In this document: positions 46,612 to 56,111 of the stretch, piece after piece
Position numbering within the stretch: the first letter of the stretch is position 1
Layout: every line of letters begins with the position of its first letter
IMG/VR virus record: IMGVR_UViG_3300042305_002533
Coordinates: 32,001 to 96,000 of that record
DNA from: a virus
Strand: one strand, 5' to 3'
Length of the DNA: 64,000 nucleotides
Notes under the pieces: model-generated
Databases searched by the model: none
What the model saw: only the letters and a program-made list of their open reading frames with translations
What the model was told of the DNA's origin: nothing
Translations under genes and position numbers: made by a program

Positions 46612-47891
46612 TGTCTGATGGGACTAACGTGGCTGACGCCGCGAAGAAGATCGACTTTAAGAAAATCTACGAAGGCGCAAAAGACCTCGGGCTCAAGGGC
46701 TACGAAGGCGCAAAAGACCTCGGGCTCAAGGGCTACGAAGGAGCGCGAAAATATCTCCTTGATCCTGCTTACGAGGGCGCAAAAGGCTTCGTTACAAGCC
46801 CGACGGCGGCTGTTAGCCAGCTGGGCACAGATCTATCAACCCTCGCCCCAACGGCCGCCCGTGCGCTGGGGACTGTCGCCGTACCGATTGCCGGTTACGA
46901 AGTTGGCAAACGTATCGTTGGTGGACGAAAGCACGATCACGACGACCATCACGGAATGGTCGTCATGGCTTCCGAAAAAGTAGCTGAAATTCAGCAGGCG
47001 GCACAGTACGCCGTGCTGGCGCATTACAAACTGGCTTTCAGCCCTATCCAGGCCGGCGGCCAGGCCTTGAAGACCTTCGGCGGCGCAGTTCGCCAAGGGT
47101 TTGGGGCGTTGCGCGGTGAAGGCGGGTCTCTGGCAAACGCCGGGAAAGCTTTCATGCAGGCGGGCGGCGGGAATGCCGCTGCAAATATTGGGGCGGGGAG
47201 CGCCGCAGCCCTAGGCACCACCTATCTTGCCGGCCGGGGGCTAGGGGCGGGCTTGCGTAGCGGGCAGCAAAAGAACGGGTTTGCAATCACCCCCTCGGGG
47301 CATGCGCTCGACGCCGCCCGAGCACGGAACGCCATGCAGAGCCGCCAAGAGATGCAAGACATCGACAAGGCGTACGCCGAAAAAAACCCGATCATTGGGG
47401 CTATATCTTACAACCCTATTTCGCGCGCGTATGATGCCGCACGCCTGCGGATGCTGCAGGACACGGCGGGTAAGCATGAACGCGGAGAAAACGCGTACAA
47501 CCCGCTCGGGGGGCTGCTAACGCCCCTTGAAGCAACGCCAAAGACGGCGTTTGTGCTGCCCGCACTTGCCGCGCTTAAAGGGGCATACGTTGCTAAACAT
47601 TTGGGCCCCACGATCACCGATGCGGGCCATGAGTATGAGTCTGCGCTGGCTCGTAAAAACATGCGAGATCTGGAGCGCGAGGAGGCGGCCTTGTCTGCCT
47701 ATGACACCGCCAACCCAAAGGCGGGCCGCACTATACAAGAGCGCGAAGACGCAGGCCGCCTAATGGAACTGCGCGCCCGAGGTCTTTCGCACATAGCGAG
47801 GCAGCACGATCAGGGGCGGCTCGCCATAAATCCCTTCGGGGGACGTCTCACTCCGAGCGAACTAGCAGAAAAAGCTCTGCAACCACGCTAA
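46611..47891 (+). CDS. Putative internal virion polyprotein
   Basis: GGAGG upstream of ATG 46611; KVA, KLA, KTA bound modules; duplicated GH..NP.GG.LTP module. Confidence 0.6.
   Translation: MSDGTNVADAAKKIDFKKIYEGAKDLGLKGYEGAKDLGLKGYEGARKYLLDPAYEGAKGFVTSPTAAVSQLGTDLSTLAPTAARALGTVAVPIAGYEVGKRIVGGRKHDHDDHHGMVVMASEKVAEIQQAAQYAVLAHYKLAFSPIQAGGQALKTFGGAVRQGFGALRGEGGSLANAGKAFMQAGGGNAAANIGAGSAAALGTTYLAGRGLGAGLRSGQQKNGFAITPSGHALDAARARNAMQSRQEMQDIDKAYAEKNPIIGAISYNPISRAYDAARLRMLQDTAGKHERGENAYNPLGGLLTPLEATPKTAFVLPALAALKGAYVAKHLGPTITDAGHEYESALARKNMRDLEREEAALSAYDTANPKAGRTIQEREDAGRLMELRARGLSHIARQHDQGRLAINPFGGRLTPSELAEKALQPR
46668..46741 (+). repeat. 33-bp tandem repeat (YEGAKDLGLKG), 2 copies plus partial
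   Basis: TACGAAGGCGCAAAAGACCTCGGGCTCAAGGGC repeated exactly. Confidence 0.95.
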
Positions 47892-47900
47892 ACTAGGCGC

Positions 47901-49706
47901 ATGCCTACGCCCATCTCCGTTGGTCACTTCTTGATCAACGACGTCTTGCCCGAGACCCACAAAATCACCGGGCCGGTCACGAACAAAAACGTGCACGATC
48001 ACGTCGTCGGTCTGGCCAAAGCTAACCCCGCCGAGTACGTGAACGTCATCACGGCGCTTAAGCGGCGAGGCGACGAAATTGCCACACTTGAAGGTGTGAG
48101 CGTCGGCCTTGACGACATCGCACCCGATTACAAAGCACGCGACGCGATCTTGAAACCCGCGATTGCGAAGATTGAAAAAGCCAAGACCGAGAGCGAGCGG
48201 GAAAAGCTCGTCATCGAGGCGCAGAACGCGCTACTGGAGTACACAAAAAAGCACCCCGGCTCGATGACGCATATGGCACTTTCCGGAGCGCGCGGAAACC
48301 CCGCACAGCTCATGAAGATCGTCGCGACGCCGCTGGCGGCGGTGCACCCGAAGCACGGTATCGAGCGGATACCCATCAAGCGGAGCTACTCCGAAGGGTT
48401 GACCGCCGCCGAGTACTGGTCGACCGTGCCTGAGGTTCGCGCCAATAACGTCGCTACCGTGGTGTCGGTCTCCGAGCCCGGAGAAGTCGCCAAAGTCCTC
48501 GTCAACAACATGATCGGGACGACTGTCACGCGGCCGGATTGCGGAACAAAAAACGGCGTGCACATGCGCCTCGACGACGGCCACATTCTGGACCGGTACG
48601 CACAAGCCAGTCACGGAGTAGCCCGCAACACCTTGATTACCCCCCGGCTCGTACAGGAGCTTAAAAGCAAAAACATCCAAGAGCTCCTCGTGCGCTCACC
48701 GATGACGTGCGCCGCTTCGCATGGCGTCTGCCAGCATTGCCAAGGGCACAGCGAAAAGGGGCAGCTTCACGGGATTGGCGCTCCGGTGGGCGTGCGTGCC
48801 GCACAGGCCCTGGCGGAGCCTTTGACACAGATGGCGCTCTCCTCGAAGCACGCCGTACTAACAATCAAAGAAAAAAAGTTGGAGCCTACGGGCCTCAAAG
48901 GTTTCCGCCAATACCTTGAAATTCCAAAAGCGTTCAAATACGAAGCGGTACTCGCCCCGCAAGCCGGGCTTGTAACAAAAATTGAGAAGGCGCCGCAAGG
49001 CGGGCACTATGTTGTCGTTGGTGCTGAAAAGCTTTACGTCCGCCCAGAACTCAGCGTTACCGCGCACGTCGGGATGCACGTAGAGCACGGAGACGCTTTG
49101 ACCAACGGTGTGCCTAATCCGCAAAAAATCGTCGCCGCAAAAGGCCTCGGGGCGGGCCGCGCATATTACGTCGGGGCCATTCACCGGGTCTACCAAGGCG
49201 AAGGCATAAACTTGGATAGGCGTCACCTGGAGCTCTTGGCCAAGAGCGAGATGAACCACGTCCGCCTTCTAGACGCCGACCCAGAACACCCCGAGTTTCT
49301 CAAAGGCGACGTCATTAACTACAACGCCTTCCGAGAAGCGTACTCCAAAGACGTCACACACATGCCGCTCTCCGAAGCTATAGGAAAGCGGCTGGGGCAA
49401 GAGATACTACACCACACGGTCGGAACCCCAATAACGCCGGCTCTTGTAAACGAGCTGAAAAGCAAAGGCGTTCGCGAGGTCCTTGTAAACAAGCGGCTCC
49501 CTCCGGTAGAATTTGTGATGAAACCATTCACCATGAACCCGCTACACGAAAGTGATTGGATGGCGCGGCTGGCGCACCGGTACCTCAAGGGGTCCATTCA
49601 GCAGGCGGCGCAATTTGGAGAAACGTCCGACATTCATGGCGCCCACCCAATTCCGGCTTACGCTTACGGAGCCGAACTTCGCCACGGCCCGTCGGGCGGA
49701 TACTGA
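47901..49706 (+). CDS. RNA polymerase beta' C-terminal subunit
   Basis: GVSVGLDDI, SGARG, SYSEGL, DCGT, RSPMTC..GVCQHC, AAQALAEPLTQM, RRHLELL. Confidence 0.93.
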   Translation: MPTPISVGHFLINDVLPETHKITGPVTNKNVHDHVVGLAKANPAEYVNVITALKRRGDEIATLEGVSVGLDDIAPDYKARDAILKPAIAKIEKAKTESEREKLVIEAQNALLEYTKKHPGSMTHMALSGARGNPAQLMKIVATPLAAVHPKHGIERIPIKRSYSEGLTAAEYWSTVPEVRANNVATVVSVSEPGEVAKVLVNNMIGTTVTRPDCGTKNGVHMRLDDGHILDRYAQASHGVARNTLITPRLVQELKSKNIQELLVRSPMTCAASHGVCQHCQGHSEKGQLHGIGAPVGVRAAQALAEPLTQMALSSKHAVLTIKEKKLEPTGLKGFRQYLEIPKAFKYEAVLAPQAGLVTKIEKAPQGGHYVVVGAEKLYVRPELSVTAHVGMHVEHGDALTNGVPNPQKIVAAKGLGAGRAYYVGAIHRVYQGEGINLDRRHLELLAKSEMNHVRLLDADPEHPEFLKGDVINYNAFREAYSKDVTHMPLSEAIGKRLGQEILHHTVGTPITPALVNELKSKGVREVLVNKRLPPVEFVMKPFTMNPLHESDWMARLAHRYLKGSIQQAAQFGETSDIHGAHPIPAYAYGAELRHGPSGGY

Positions 49707-50611
49707 TGTACAACTTTCACGACGTGAAAATTGCAGCCGCTGAAGCGGCACTAAGCCGGTACGGGCTGGACAAGACAGCCACGATGGCTGACTTCCTCGC
49801 GGGGCTTAAACGCACCGGTCAAGGTGCGGGAGTCGGCGGAGCCGTTGGCGGAGTCCTGGGCGCGGCCAAGGGGTTATATGAAGGCCCGGCGCGCGAAGAC
49901 GGAGCCCCCGCAACCTTCTCCGAAAGATTGAGGGAGGCGGGGCGGCAGGGGCTTCGAACCGGCCTGCTGGGCGCGGCGGTAGGGGGCCTCCACGGCCTAT
50001 CTAAAAAAGGTCCTGAGATGGGTCGTGGCGGAACCGGCGCCGAACCCAATCTCTTGCGGCGTTTGTTTACCGCAAAGACCGGCCCGGGCGTGAGCCTCAT
50101 TAAAGAGCTTCCCCGCGAGGTTGTTTTTGGAAGCCCCTTGACGCTCGCGCGCCAACACAACATTTTAACGAGGTATCTCGCGGGGCCCGGGGCGCCAATT
50201 ACGGCCAAGCACCACCTTCAAGCCATCGGAAAAGGTTTCAAGAACTTTTACTGGAGCCCTAATATCGGCGCGAACACGCCTGGGGCGAAAGCGTGGCACT
50301 ACTCCACCCAGGCGCTTAATTTAGGGCTAAGCGGTCTAGACCTGTACAACGCCGCCAAAACTGACGATCCAAATGTTCGTCGTGGTGACATCGCAAGCGC
50401 GGTTGCAGGCCTGGCCACTGCTCCGATTGCTAGCCGCCTTGGAATTCCGGGAGCTATTTTGAGTGACGCTATCCGAACCGGGGCGCGAAAATTGGTTCAA
50501 AAAGACACTCCGCGATACACGCCAGAGTATGATCCTCAAGAACATCTTCTCTTGGCACTCAAAGGGCTGCGCGCTTACGACGACGTAAACACGCTGCCGC
50601 CCTCGACCTAA
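49706..50611 (+). CDS. Putative internal virion protein with glycine-zipper helices
   Basis: TGATG-coupled; KIA and KTA in the N-terminal leader; GAGVGGAVGGVLG and GLLGAAVGGLHG. Confidence 0.65.
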   Translation: MYNFHDVKIAAAEAALSRYGLDKTATMADFLAGLKRTGQGAGVGGAVGGVLGAAKGLYEGPAREDGAPATFSERLREAGRQGLRTGLLGAAVGGLHGLSKKGPEMGRGGTGAEPNLLRRLFTAKTGPGVSLIKELPREVVFGSPLTLARQHNILTRYLAGPGAPITAKHHLQAIGKGFKNFYWSPNIGANTPGAKAWHYSTQALNLGLSGLDLYNAAKTDDPNVRRGDIASAVAGLATAPIASRLGIPGAILSDAIRTGARKLVQKDTPRYTPEYDPQEHLLLALKGLRAYDDVNTLPPST

Positions 50612-50638
50612 CATGTCAGCGATAAGGAGCTTCGCAAA

Positions 50639-52801
50639 ATGAGTCTGCTAAAGCATGCAATGGTGGCCGGCATCAATGACGCCCTCGTCGACAATGGTGT
50701 CGTGTCGTGGCCGAATGAGGCGGTCGGGTTCGAGGTGTGCTCGAAGATCGCGGCCGATCTAGACGGCCCCGACGTGCTGCCCGAGGGCGGCCTCTCGGGG
50801 GAGAGCGCGCTCCTCATCGGTAATCGGATCAAGGAGGCCTCGGAGCTTCTGATCGCCAATGGCTATGGCCAAGACCCGGAGTCGGCGCTGCGCACCAAGC
50901 AAGCAGCGGAGATGAACTTCGAGGACCGCGCTGCGATGGTAGCCGAGGCGTGTATGTCGAAGGCCGCCGCCGAGGCGTCGCTCACCGACGTTGGGCCGAA
51001 TACCGCAGAGTCGGCGGCGCAGACCGATCAGCATGCGGCGCTTGATCTCAAGAACCGCGCCATGAACAAGTACCTCACCGGCGTCGGCCGTACGATGTTC
51101 CCGAGCGGGGGCGTCATAGGCCAGCAGATGATGGCGCCCGAGCGCCAGTCGGGCCCTGCGATTTCTAACAGCCTGACGTCGTTGGATAAGCAGGCGAATG
51201 TATCGCGTCGAGAGATGGCGGAGTACCTGGCAGGTCTCGGCTTATCCCCCCAGCAAATTGCAGAGCAGCTGGGCCCGGAGCCGCGCATGGATAAGCTGCG
51301 GGAGGGCCTTGGCCGAGCGGGCGGGACTATCGCCGATTACCTCGGCCGCATCCCCACAAACCCCTTCGCGGGTGCGGGCGGGCAAGGCGTGCTCGGTGGG
51401 GCGAAGCACATCGGCGGAAACCTTCTACGGCACCCGGGCACCCATGCCGCCGCGCTCGCCACTGCTCTGTATGGTGGCAACAAGCTTATTAAAGGGCTAA
51501 CTGCGGACAAGGCAGACGCTGACGCTTTTATGCAAGCCGCCGCCGACGGCGGCAATGCAGAGATGGCCGACTATTTGGCCAGTAAGCAGGCCAACGAAGA
51601 CATGGCCGCTGCTGACCTCGCCGAGGCGTCGGACATGACTCCGGGGCCGACCCCGGGGGCCCTACAGCGCGCAATGATGTTCCTTAGCGGGCTGAAGAAC
51701 CGTATCCCGAGTTTCCGCCCGAGCCCGGAGGCTGTAGCGGCCGCCTCCGGCCTTGGGGAAGAGGGCGCTCCCGGGATGGAAGTCATGGCGCACCTCCTTG
51801 ATGGCGTGAAGACCGCCGAGGATGCCGAAGCCGCGCTGCAGCACGTATTCGAGTTGCAAGTTGCGAACGAGAAGACCGCGTCGGTCCAGCTGTATGAGGC
51901 GGTGCAGGAGAAGGTTGCTGACGAGGCTGCGGCCGCTGCGCAAGGCGCCAAGGAAGCCCCCGGGGCGCTCCGCCAAGCCGGAGCCGCAATAATGCGCAAC
52001 AAGCTTCGGACAGGCGCAGCGCTAGCAGGAACTGCCGCTGCCTTCTACGGCGGCAAGAAGTACCTCGACCACCGCAAGGCCAAGAGGGAAGAGGCGGCCA
52101 AGAAGGAAGAGGAGTCGAAGGCAGAAGAGAAGGCGGCGGCGCTTCTTGAGTACCTGAAGCAGGCTTCCGAGGGCGAGGCCGCTGCGAAAGCAGTTACGGA
52201 CGCCGGCAAGGAAGCCCCCGGGGCGTTCCGCCGAGCCGGAGAAGCAGTAATGCGCAACAAGCTTCGGACAGGCGCAGCGCTAGCAGGAACTGCCGCTGCC
52301 TTCTACGGCGGCAAGAAGTACCTCGACCACCGCAAGGCCAAGAAGGAAGAGGCGGCGCGCCAGCAAGAAATGTCGCCCAAGGCGGCCTCTCTACTGGAGT
52401 ACCTCAAGGCCGCTGCGGACGGTTCGCTTACGGACGTCGGGGAGAACACGCCCGAGTCGGCCGCGCTGACCGACTCCGTGGCTGAACTCGACATGCAGAA
52501 CCGCTCGCCCAATGAGTACCTCATGGGCGTCGGCAAGACCCGCATGTCGAACAAGGGCCAGGTCTACGCCGTGGAGGACGCGGGCCAGGACAATCCCGTG
52601 CAGACGCACAATCTGCCCACGGACGAGACCAAGAGCGCTGAGCTTGCGTACGTGAACAACTTCCGCAAGATCGCCGCCGATCTCGGGCCTTACCTTCCCG
52701 CGACCATGAGCCGCGACGAGAAGGTTGCGCACCTTCAGACCATGCTCGGCCTCCCGCCGTCCGAGCGCGTCCAGTACGTGCAGGCTCTTCGCGCCGGCTG
52801 A
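50639..52801 (+). CDS. Putative internal head polyprotein, very K-x-A rich
   Basis: More than a dozen K-x-A motifs; internal duplications; strong codon bias. Confidence 0.7.
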   Translation: MSLLKHAMVAGINDALVDNGVVSWPNEAVGFEVCSKIAADLDGPDVLPEGGLSGESALLIGNRIKEASELLIANGYGQDPESALRTKQAAEMNFEDRAAMVAEACMSKAAAEASLTDVGPNTAESAAQTDQHAALDLKNRAMNKYLTGVGRTMFPSGGVIGQQMMAPERQSGPAISNSLTSLDKQANVSRREMAEYLAGLGLSPQQIAEQLGPEPRMDKLREGLGRAGGTIADYLGRIPTNPFAGAGGQGVLGGAKHIGGNLLRHPGTHAAALATALYGGNKLIKGLTADKADADAFMQAAADGGNAEMADYLASKQANEDMAAADLAEASDMTPGPTPGALQRAMMFLSGLKNRIPSFRPSPEAVAAASGLGEEGAPGMEVMAHLLDGVKTAEDAEAALQHVFELQVANEKTASVQLYEAVQEKVADEAAAAAQGAKEAPGALRQAGAAIMRNKLRTGAALAGTAAAFYGGKKYLDHRKAKREEAAKKEEESKAEEKAAALLEYLKQASEGEAAAKAVTDAGKEAPGAFRRAGEAVMRNKLRTGAALAGTAAAFYGGKKYLDHRKAKKEEAARQQEMSPKAASLLEYLKAAADGSLTDVGENTPESAALTDSVAELDMQNRSPNEYLMGVGKTRMSNKGQVYAVEDAGQDNPVQTHNLPTDETKSAELAYVNNFRKIAADLGPYLPATMSRDEKVAHLQTMLGLPPSERVQYVQALRAG
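51949..52356 (+). repeat. ~150-bp near-identical direct repeat (258-bp period) encoding a basic/hydrophobic peptide module
   Basis: KEAPGA..MRNKLRTGAALAGTAAAFYGGKKYLDHRKAK twice, starting 51949 and 52207. Confidence 0.95.
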
Positions 52802-52823
52802 AATCGCTTACAGCTAGCGCCTC

Positions 52824-52866
52824 CCAAACGCCTGCGGCTATACTAGCCGCAGGCGTTTGGCTTTTT
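52824..52866 (+). terminator. 17-bp perfect inverted repeat plus T-tract
   Basis: CCAAACGCCTGCGGCTA-TAC-TAGCCGCAGGCGTTTGG-CTTTTT. Confidence 0.85.
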
Positions 52867-52879
52867 GAGGAGCAGCACA

Positions 52880-55369
52880 ATGACGATGGAGTTCCCCCTT
52901 TCTCAGTCCCCGCGAACCCAAGGCTTCCAGATGCCCCAAGCGCCCGAGGACGAGAAAGACCTATTTACCCAGGGTTTCTCCGACCTGGCTTATCGCGCCT
53001 TCCAGAAGACGCAGCCGGAACTGGTCAGTAACGTCTTGACCTTTCGCGTGCTCGACGTTGATGCCGAGAGCGGTACGGGCATCGGCACGTTCATTCTGCA
53101 AAATGAGCAAGACATCGTCTTCGTGCCTTGTGTAGTGTCGGAAAACTCGGTCAAGCCGCTCGACCTGTTTTACTCAAGAAGCAACGACCGCTTCTACCCC
53201 TTTACAAGCGAGTGGCTCCGAGAATCGTCCAAAGACAACGTAAACCAGCTGGGCTCCGGAGTTCGCGCCCCGAAGAGCATGCCCACAGACGTGGACATTC
53301 GTAACCTCGTCGTGCCCCCAACGACTGGGCGTTATAGCTACGCGTCGGACATGGAAGACGTCGCATGGCTTCCGTTCCTCGTAGCCGTTCGAAAAGAAAA
53401 GACGGCGGAGTTTGCCGGCGAACCTCGGTTTCTGGACCTGATCGGCGCGACCTCTAACGGGTTTAAGACCGCGTTCGCCAAAGTTCTCCACCGGCGCCCC
53501 AAAATCGCCAAGCTCTTTGCCGAATTTTACGGAGCGGAGAAGGTCGCCAACGCGATTTCGCGGCGTGAAAAAACGGCGCAGGAGCATCGGAAGGAAGTTC
53601 CGATGACAAAGAGCGTGGCGATCATGACCAACGCCACGCCCGTTGCGCAAATCAAGCGGGAGCTGAAGCCCGGAGAAGCGGCTCTGGCTTTTAAGCAGAT
53701 CCGTCTCCACGGGTTTTATGTAAAAGACCCGCGCCCTGCGACCGACAGCATCTACTCGTTTGCCGAGTCAGACCTCTGCCTTCAACAGCCGACAGTTCCA
53801 GGAGTCTATAAGGTTTATTTGACGGCGGGCGGCGCCGAGCCCGCCATCATCATCCCCAAGCCGGTATCCGTGCATCGCCGACGAAGCGACGAAGCTCGCT
53901 TCCCGTATGGCTATTACCACGACGATCGCAACCGCGATTCGGGACTAAAACTTCGGCGCGGTTTCCTCGTGCTGTTTCAGGACGGGCGTTACGCGATCAT
54001 GGACGACATGGTCGCCGAGCCCATCACGAACGTCGCACACAAGGAAGTGCAAGACTTCCTCGAAACGATGACTAAGCCCGCGCCGGCCAACGGGGAGTAC
54101 GGCGTCCTTATTTCTGCCGACGACATGGACATCCGGGCGCTTGAGCCCATGGCGGCAGAGAACGTCGTAAGCACAAAAAACCGAACGACGTTCAATGGCG
54201 CGTACCATCACACGATCATCATGAACAAGAGCATGTCGGGTAACGGAATCGTTTACCCGCAGGACTCTGACACCCTGATGGTGGCGGGAAGCTTTCGCTG
54301 GTTCAAGTGCGGAAAGCAGCTTGCCAACTCTGAAATTCTCGCTACGCCGGGTGCAGTCTTTCGGCTGGTTGAGTACGGGCTTCTGAAGCAGGGAGCTCAG
54401 AAAATTCTGGTAAAGAAGGCGGGCCTTAACTTCGTCGTCAACGCCGACGGCGCCGCGCTGCCTTCGCTCAAAGCCGTGGAGAAGGTCGCCAACGTTTACA
54501 ACGTCAGCGTCAAAGAAGCCTCAGAGATTGTGACCCTGATCGGGGCGGGGCTTCCGATTTCAGCTTGGCGTGTAAAAACGGCCCAGGGCGAATCACTAGA
54601 TCCGAACGCACCGCCGGTTGACCCGAATGCGCAACAGGCCGCGCCACCTCCCCCACCGCCGCCCTCAGGCCTGGATCTCGCGACGCAAGAAAAGCTTCAG
54701 CAGATTCAATCTCAAATTGCTGCGCTGCAACAGATGCAGCAAATTTTGACGGAAGTTCAACAACGCGCGCAGATGATCGATCAGGGCGGCGGCGCCATGG
54801 CTGCTCCTGGCGCAGCGGCGGCCATGGCCGCAGGTCCGGGGATGATGGGCGGGCAGCCCGCCATGGCGCCTCCGGACATGGGCGGGCAGATGCCACAAGG
54901 TCAACCGGGAATGGAGCAGGGGCAACCGGGAATGGAGCAGGGGCAACCGGGAATGGAGCAGGGGCAACCGGGAATGGAGCAGGGGCAACCCCCGCCTCCA
55001 GTCATGCCCGAGGGCCCGGTCTCCGAGCAGAACCTCGAACAACAAATGAATCCCAACTTCCTTCAAGACGCGGCATCGCTACAAGATGCTAGGATCTTCG
55101 ACGCGGCCGCAATCGCCTCAATGGTCAAACAAAAAGGCATGCGGGACATCCTTCAGAACTACTTACCAAGCGTTGAAAAAGCCATGGATAACCTCGGGCG
55201 GATGCTTCTTCTTTTTTACATGAAAGAGGGAGAGATCAAGCAGCAAGTTGGCGCCGAGGTGTTTGAAGAGACCGAGAACAAGATCCGGGACGTCTTCAGG
55301 GGCATGGGCGACGCGTTGCTCGCCCTCAAGCAGTACTCTGAGCCGCGCCTACCCGCAATGGCGCGATAA
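52880..55369 (+). CDS. Putative head/core structural protein
   Basis: 829 aa; GAGG upstream; K-x-A motifs; Pro/Gln/Met/Gly-rich segment begins right after VKTA. Confidence 0.65.
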   Translation: MTMEFPLSQSPRTQGFQMPQAPEDEKDLFTQGFSDLAYRAFQKTQPELVSNVLTFRVLDVDAESGTGIGTFILQNEQDIVFVPCVVSENSVKPLDLFYSRSNDRFYPFTSEWLRESSKDNVNQLGSGVRAPKSMPTDVDIRNLVVPPTTGRYSYASDMEDVAWLPFLVAVRKEKTAEFAGEPRFLDLIGATSNGFKTAFAKVLHRRPKIAKLFAEFYGAEKVANAISRREKTAQEHRKEVPMTKSVAIMTNATPVAQIKRELKPGEAALAFKQIRLHGFYVKDPRPATDSIYSFAESDLCLQQPTVPGVYKVYLTAGGAEPAIIIPKPVSVHRRRSDEARFPYGYYHDDRNRDSGLKLRRGFLVLFQDGRYAIMDDMVAEPITNVAHKEVQDFLETMTKPAPANGEYGVLISADDMDIRALEPMAAENVVSTKNRTTFNGAYHHTIIMNKSMSGNGIVYPQDSDTLMVAGSFRWFKCGKQLANSEILATPGAVFRLVEYGLLKQGAQKILVKKAGLNFVVNADGAALPSLKAVEKVANVYNVSVKEASEIVTLIGAGLPISAWRVKTAQGESLDPNAPPVDPNAQQAAPPPPPPPSGLDLATQEKLQQIQSQIAALQQMQQILTEVQQRAQMIDQGGGAMAAPGAAAAMAAGPGMMGGQPAMAPPDMGGQMPQGQPGMEQGQPGMEQGQPGMEQGQPGMEQGQPPPPVMPEGPVSEQNLEQQMNPNFLQDAASLQDARIFDAAAIASMVKQKGMRDILQNYLPSVEKAMDNLGRMLLLFYMKEGEIKQQVGAEVFEETENKIRDVFRGMGDALLALKQYSEPRLPAMAR
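54899..54990 (+). repeat. 21-bp tandem repeat (GQPGMEQ), 4 copies plus partial
   Basis: GGGCAACCGGGAATGGAGCAG repeated. Confidence 0.95.
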
Positions 55370-55380
55370 CGTGAACGTTT

Positions 55381-56091
55381 ATGCCCCCACTCCCGCCCGA
55401 TCACCGTGCGCTCCGTATCATTGGCGAGGCGCGCCGGCAGGCTGAAACCCAGGCGCAAGACCCGCTAGAGCGAGAGCTTTTTCACTTCGTGAAAACCGGA
55501 GAGACCGCGTCGACGGAGCTCCGCGTTGCAGTAAATTTGTACGCCGACGCAGAGTTCCGACACATTCTTAACGCGTTGATTTTAACCAACGCGAATGAGG
55601 AGCTAGTCACCGGTACCCTGGGCCTTCAACCGGCCAGCCTTGAGATCTACCGCCACTTTTTCTTTGACAGCACGGTATTTGCCCACAATCTAGCTAAAAC
55701 CCGCCACGTAAAGGAGTTAACCTGCTCCCCGGAGCTCAGGTATCTATACGAGCTTGCAATTGAGCGCGGCCCGATAGAACTCCTGGACCGGTACCGAATC
55801 GGAACGCGCCCGCATATTGAGCCCGATGCGCTTATGAAAGACGCACTGGCCGACATGTGGGGCAAGTTCGTGACGCACCGGGGGTATAGTGTCACCTCAG
55901 ATACCGCAAAAGAAGCGTTGCGCTGGGGAGAAGCCGCGTTACGTACGGCCAAGGTGGTGCTTGAAACCGGTCGTGAAGAGCGCAAGGGCGCTAGCACGGT
56001 TGACGATTTGCGGATCGCCCTTGAAATCCGAAACCAAACCAAGAGCCTCGAAGACTTGGGCGTCACGGCTGACGACCTCGTCGTCGAGTAG
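55381..56091 (+). CDS. Hypothetical protein
   Basis: 236-aa ORF in operon; few K-x-A motifs. Confidence 0.7.
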   Translation: MPPLPPDHRALRIIGEARRQAETQAQDPLERELFHFVKTGETASTELRVAVNLYADAEFRHILNALILTNANEELVTGTLGLQPASLEIYRHFFFDSTVFAHNLAKTRHVKELTCSPELRYLYELAIERGPIELLDRYRIGTRPHIEPDALMKDALADMWGKFVTHRGYSVTSDTAKEALRWGEAALRTAKVVLETGREERKGASTVDDLRIALEIRNQTKSLEDLGVTADDLVVE

Positions 56092-56111
56092 CCTAGAATT
56101 GGATTAACGCC

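Noticed and set aside
39667-49706. Host chromosomal rpoBC locus
   Set aside because: Highly divergent, no ribosomal protein neighbours, flanked by phage head genes.
51949-52356. Diversity-generating retroelement TR/VR pair
   Set aside because: Both copies are in-frame in one ORF, differences are not adenine-specific, and no reverse transcriptase is present.
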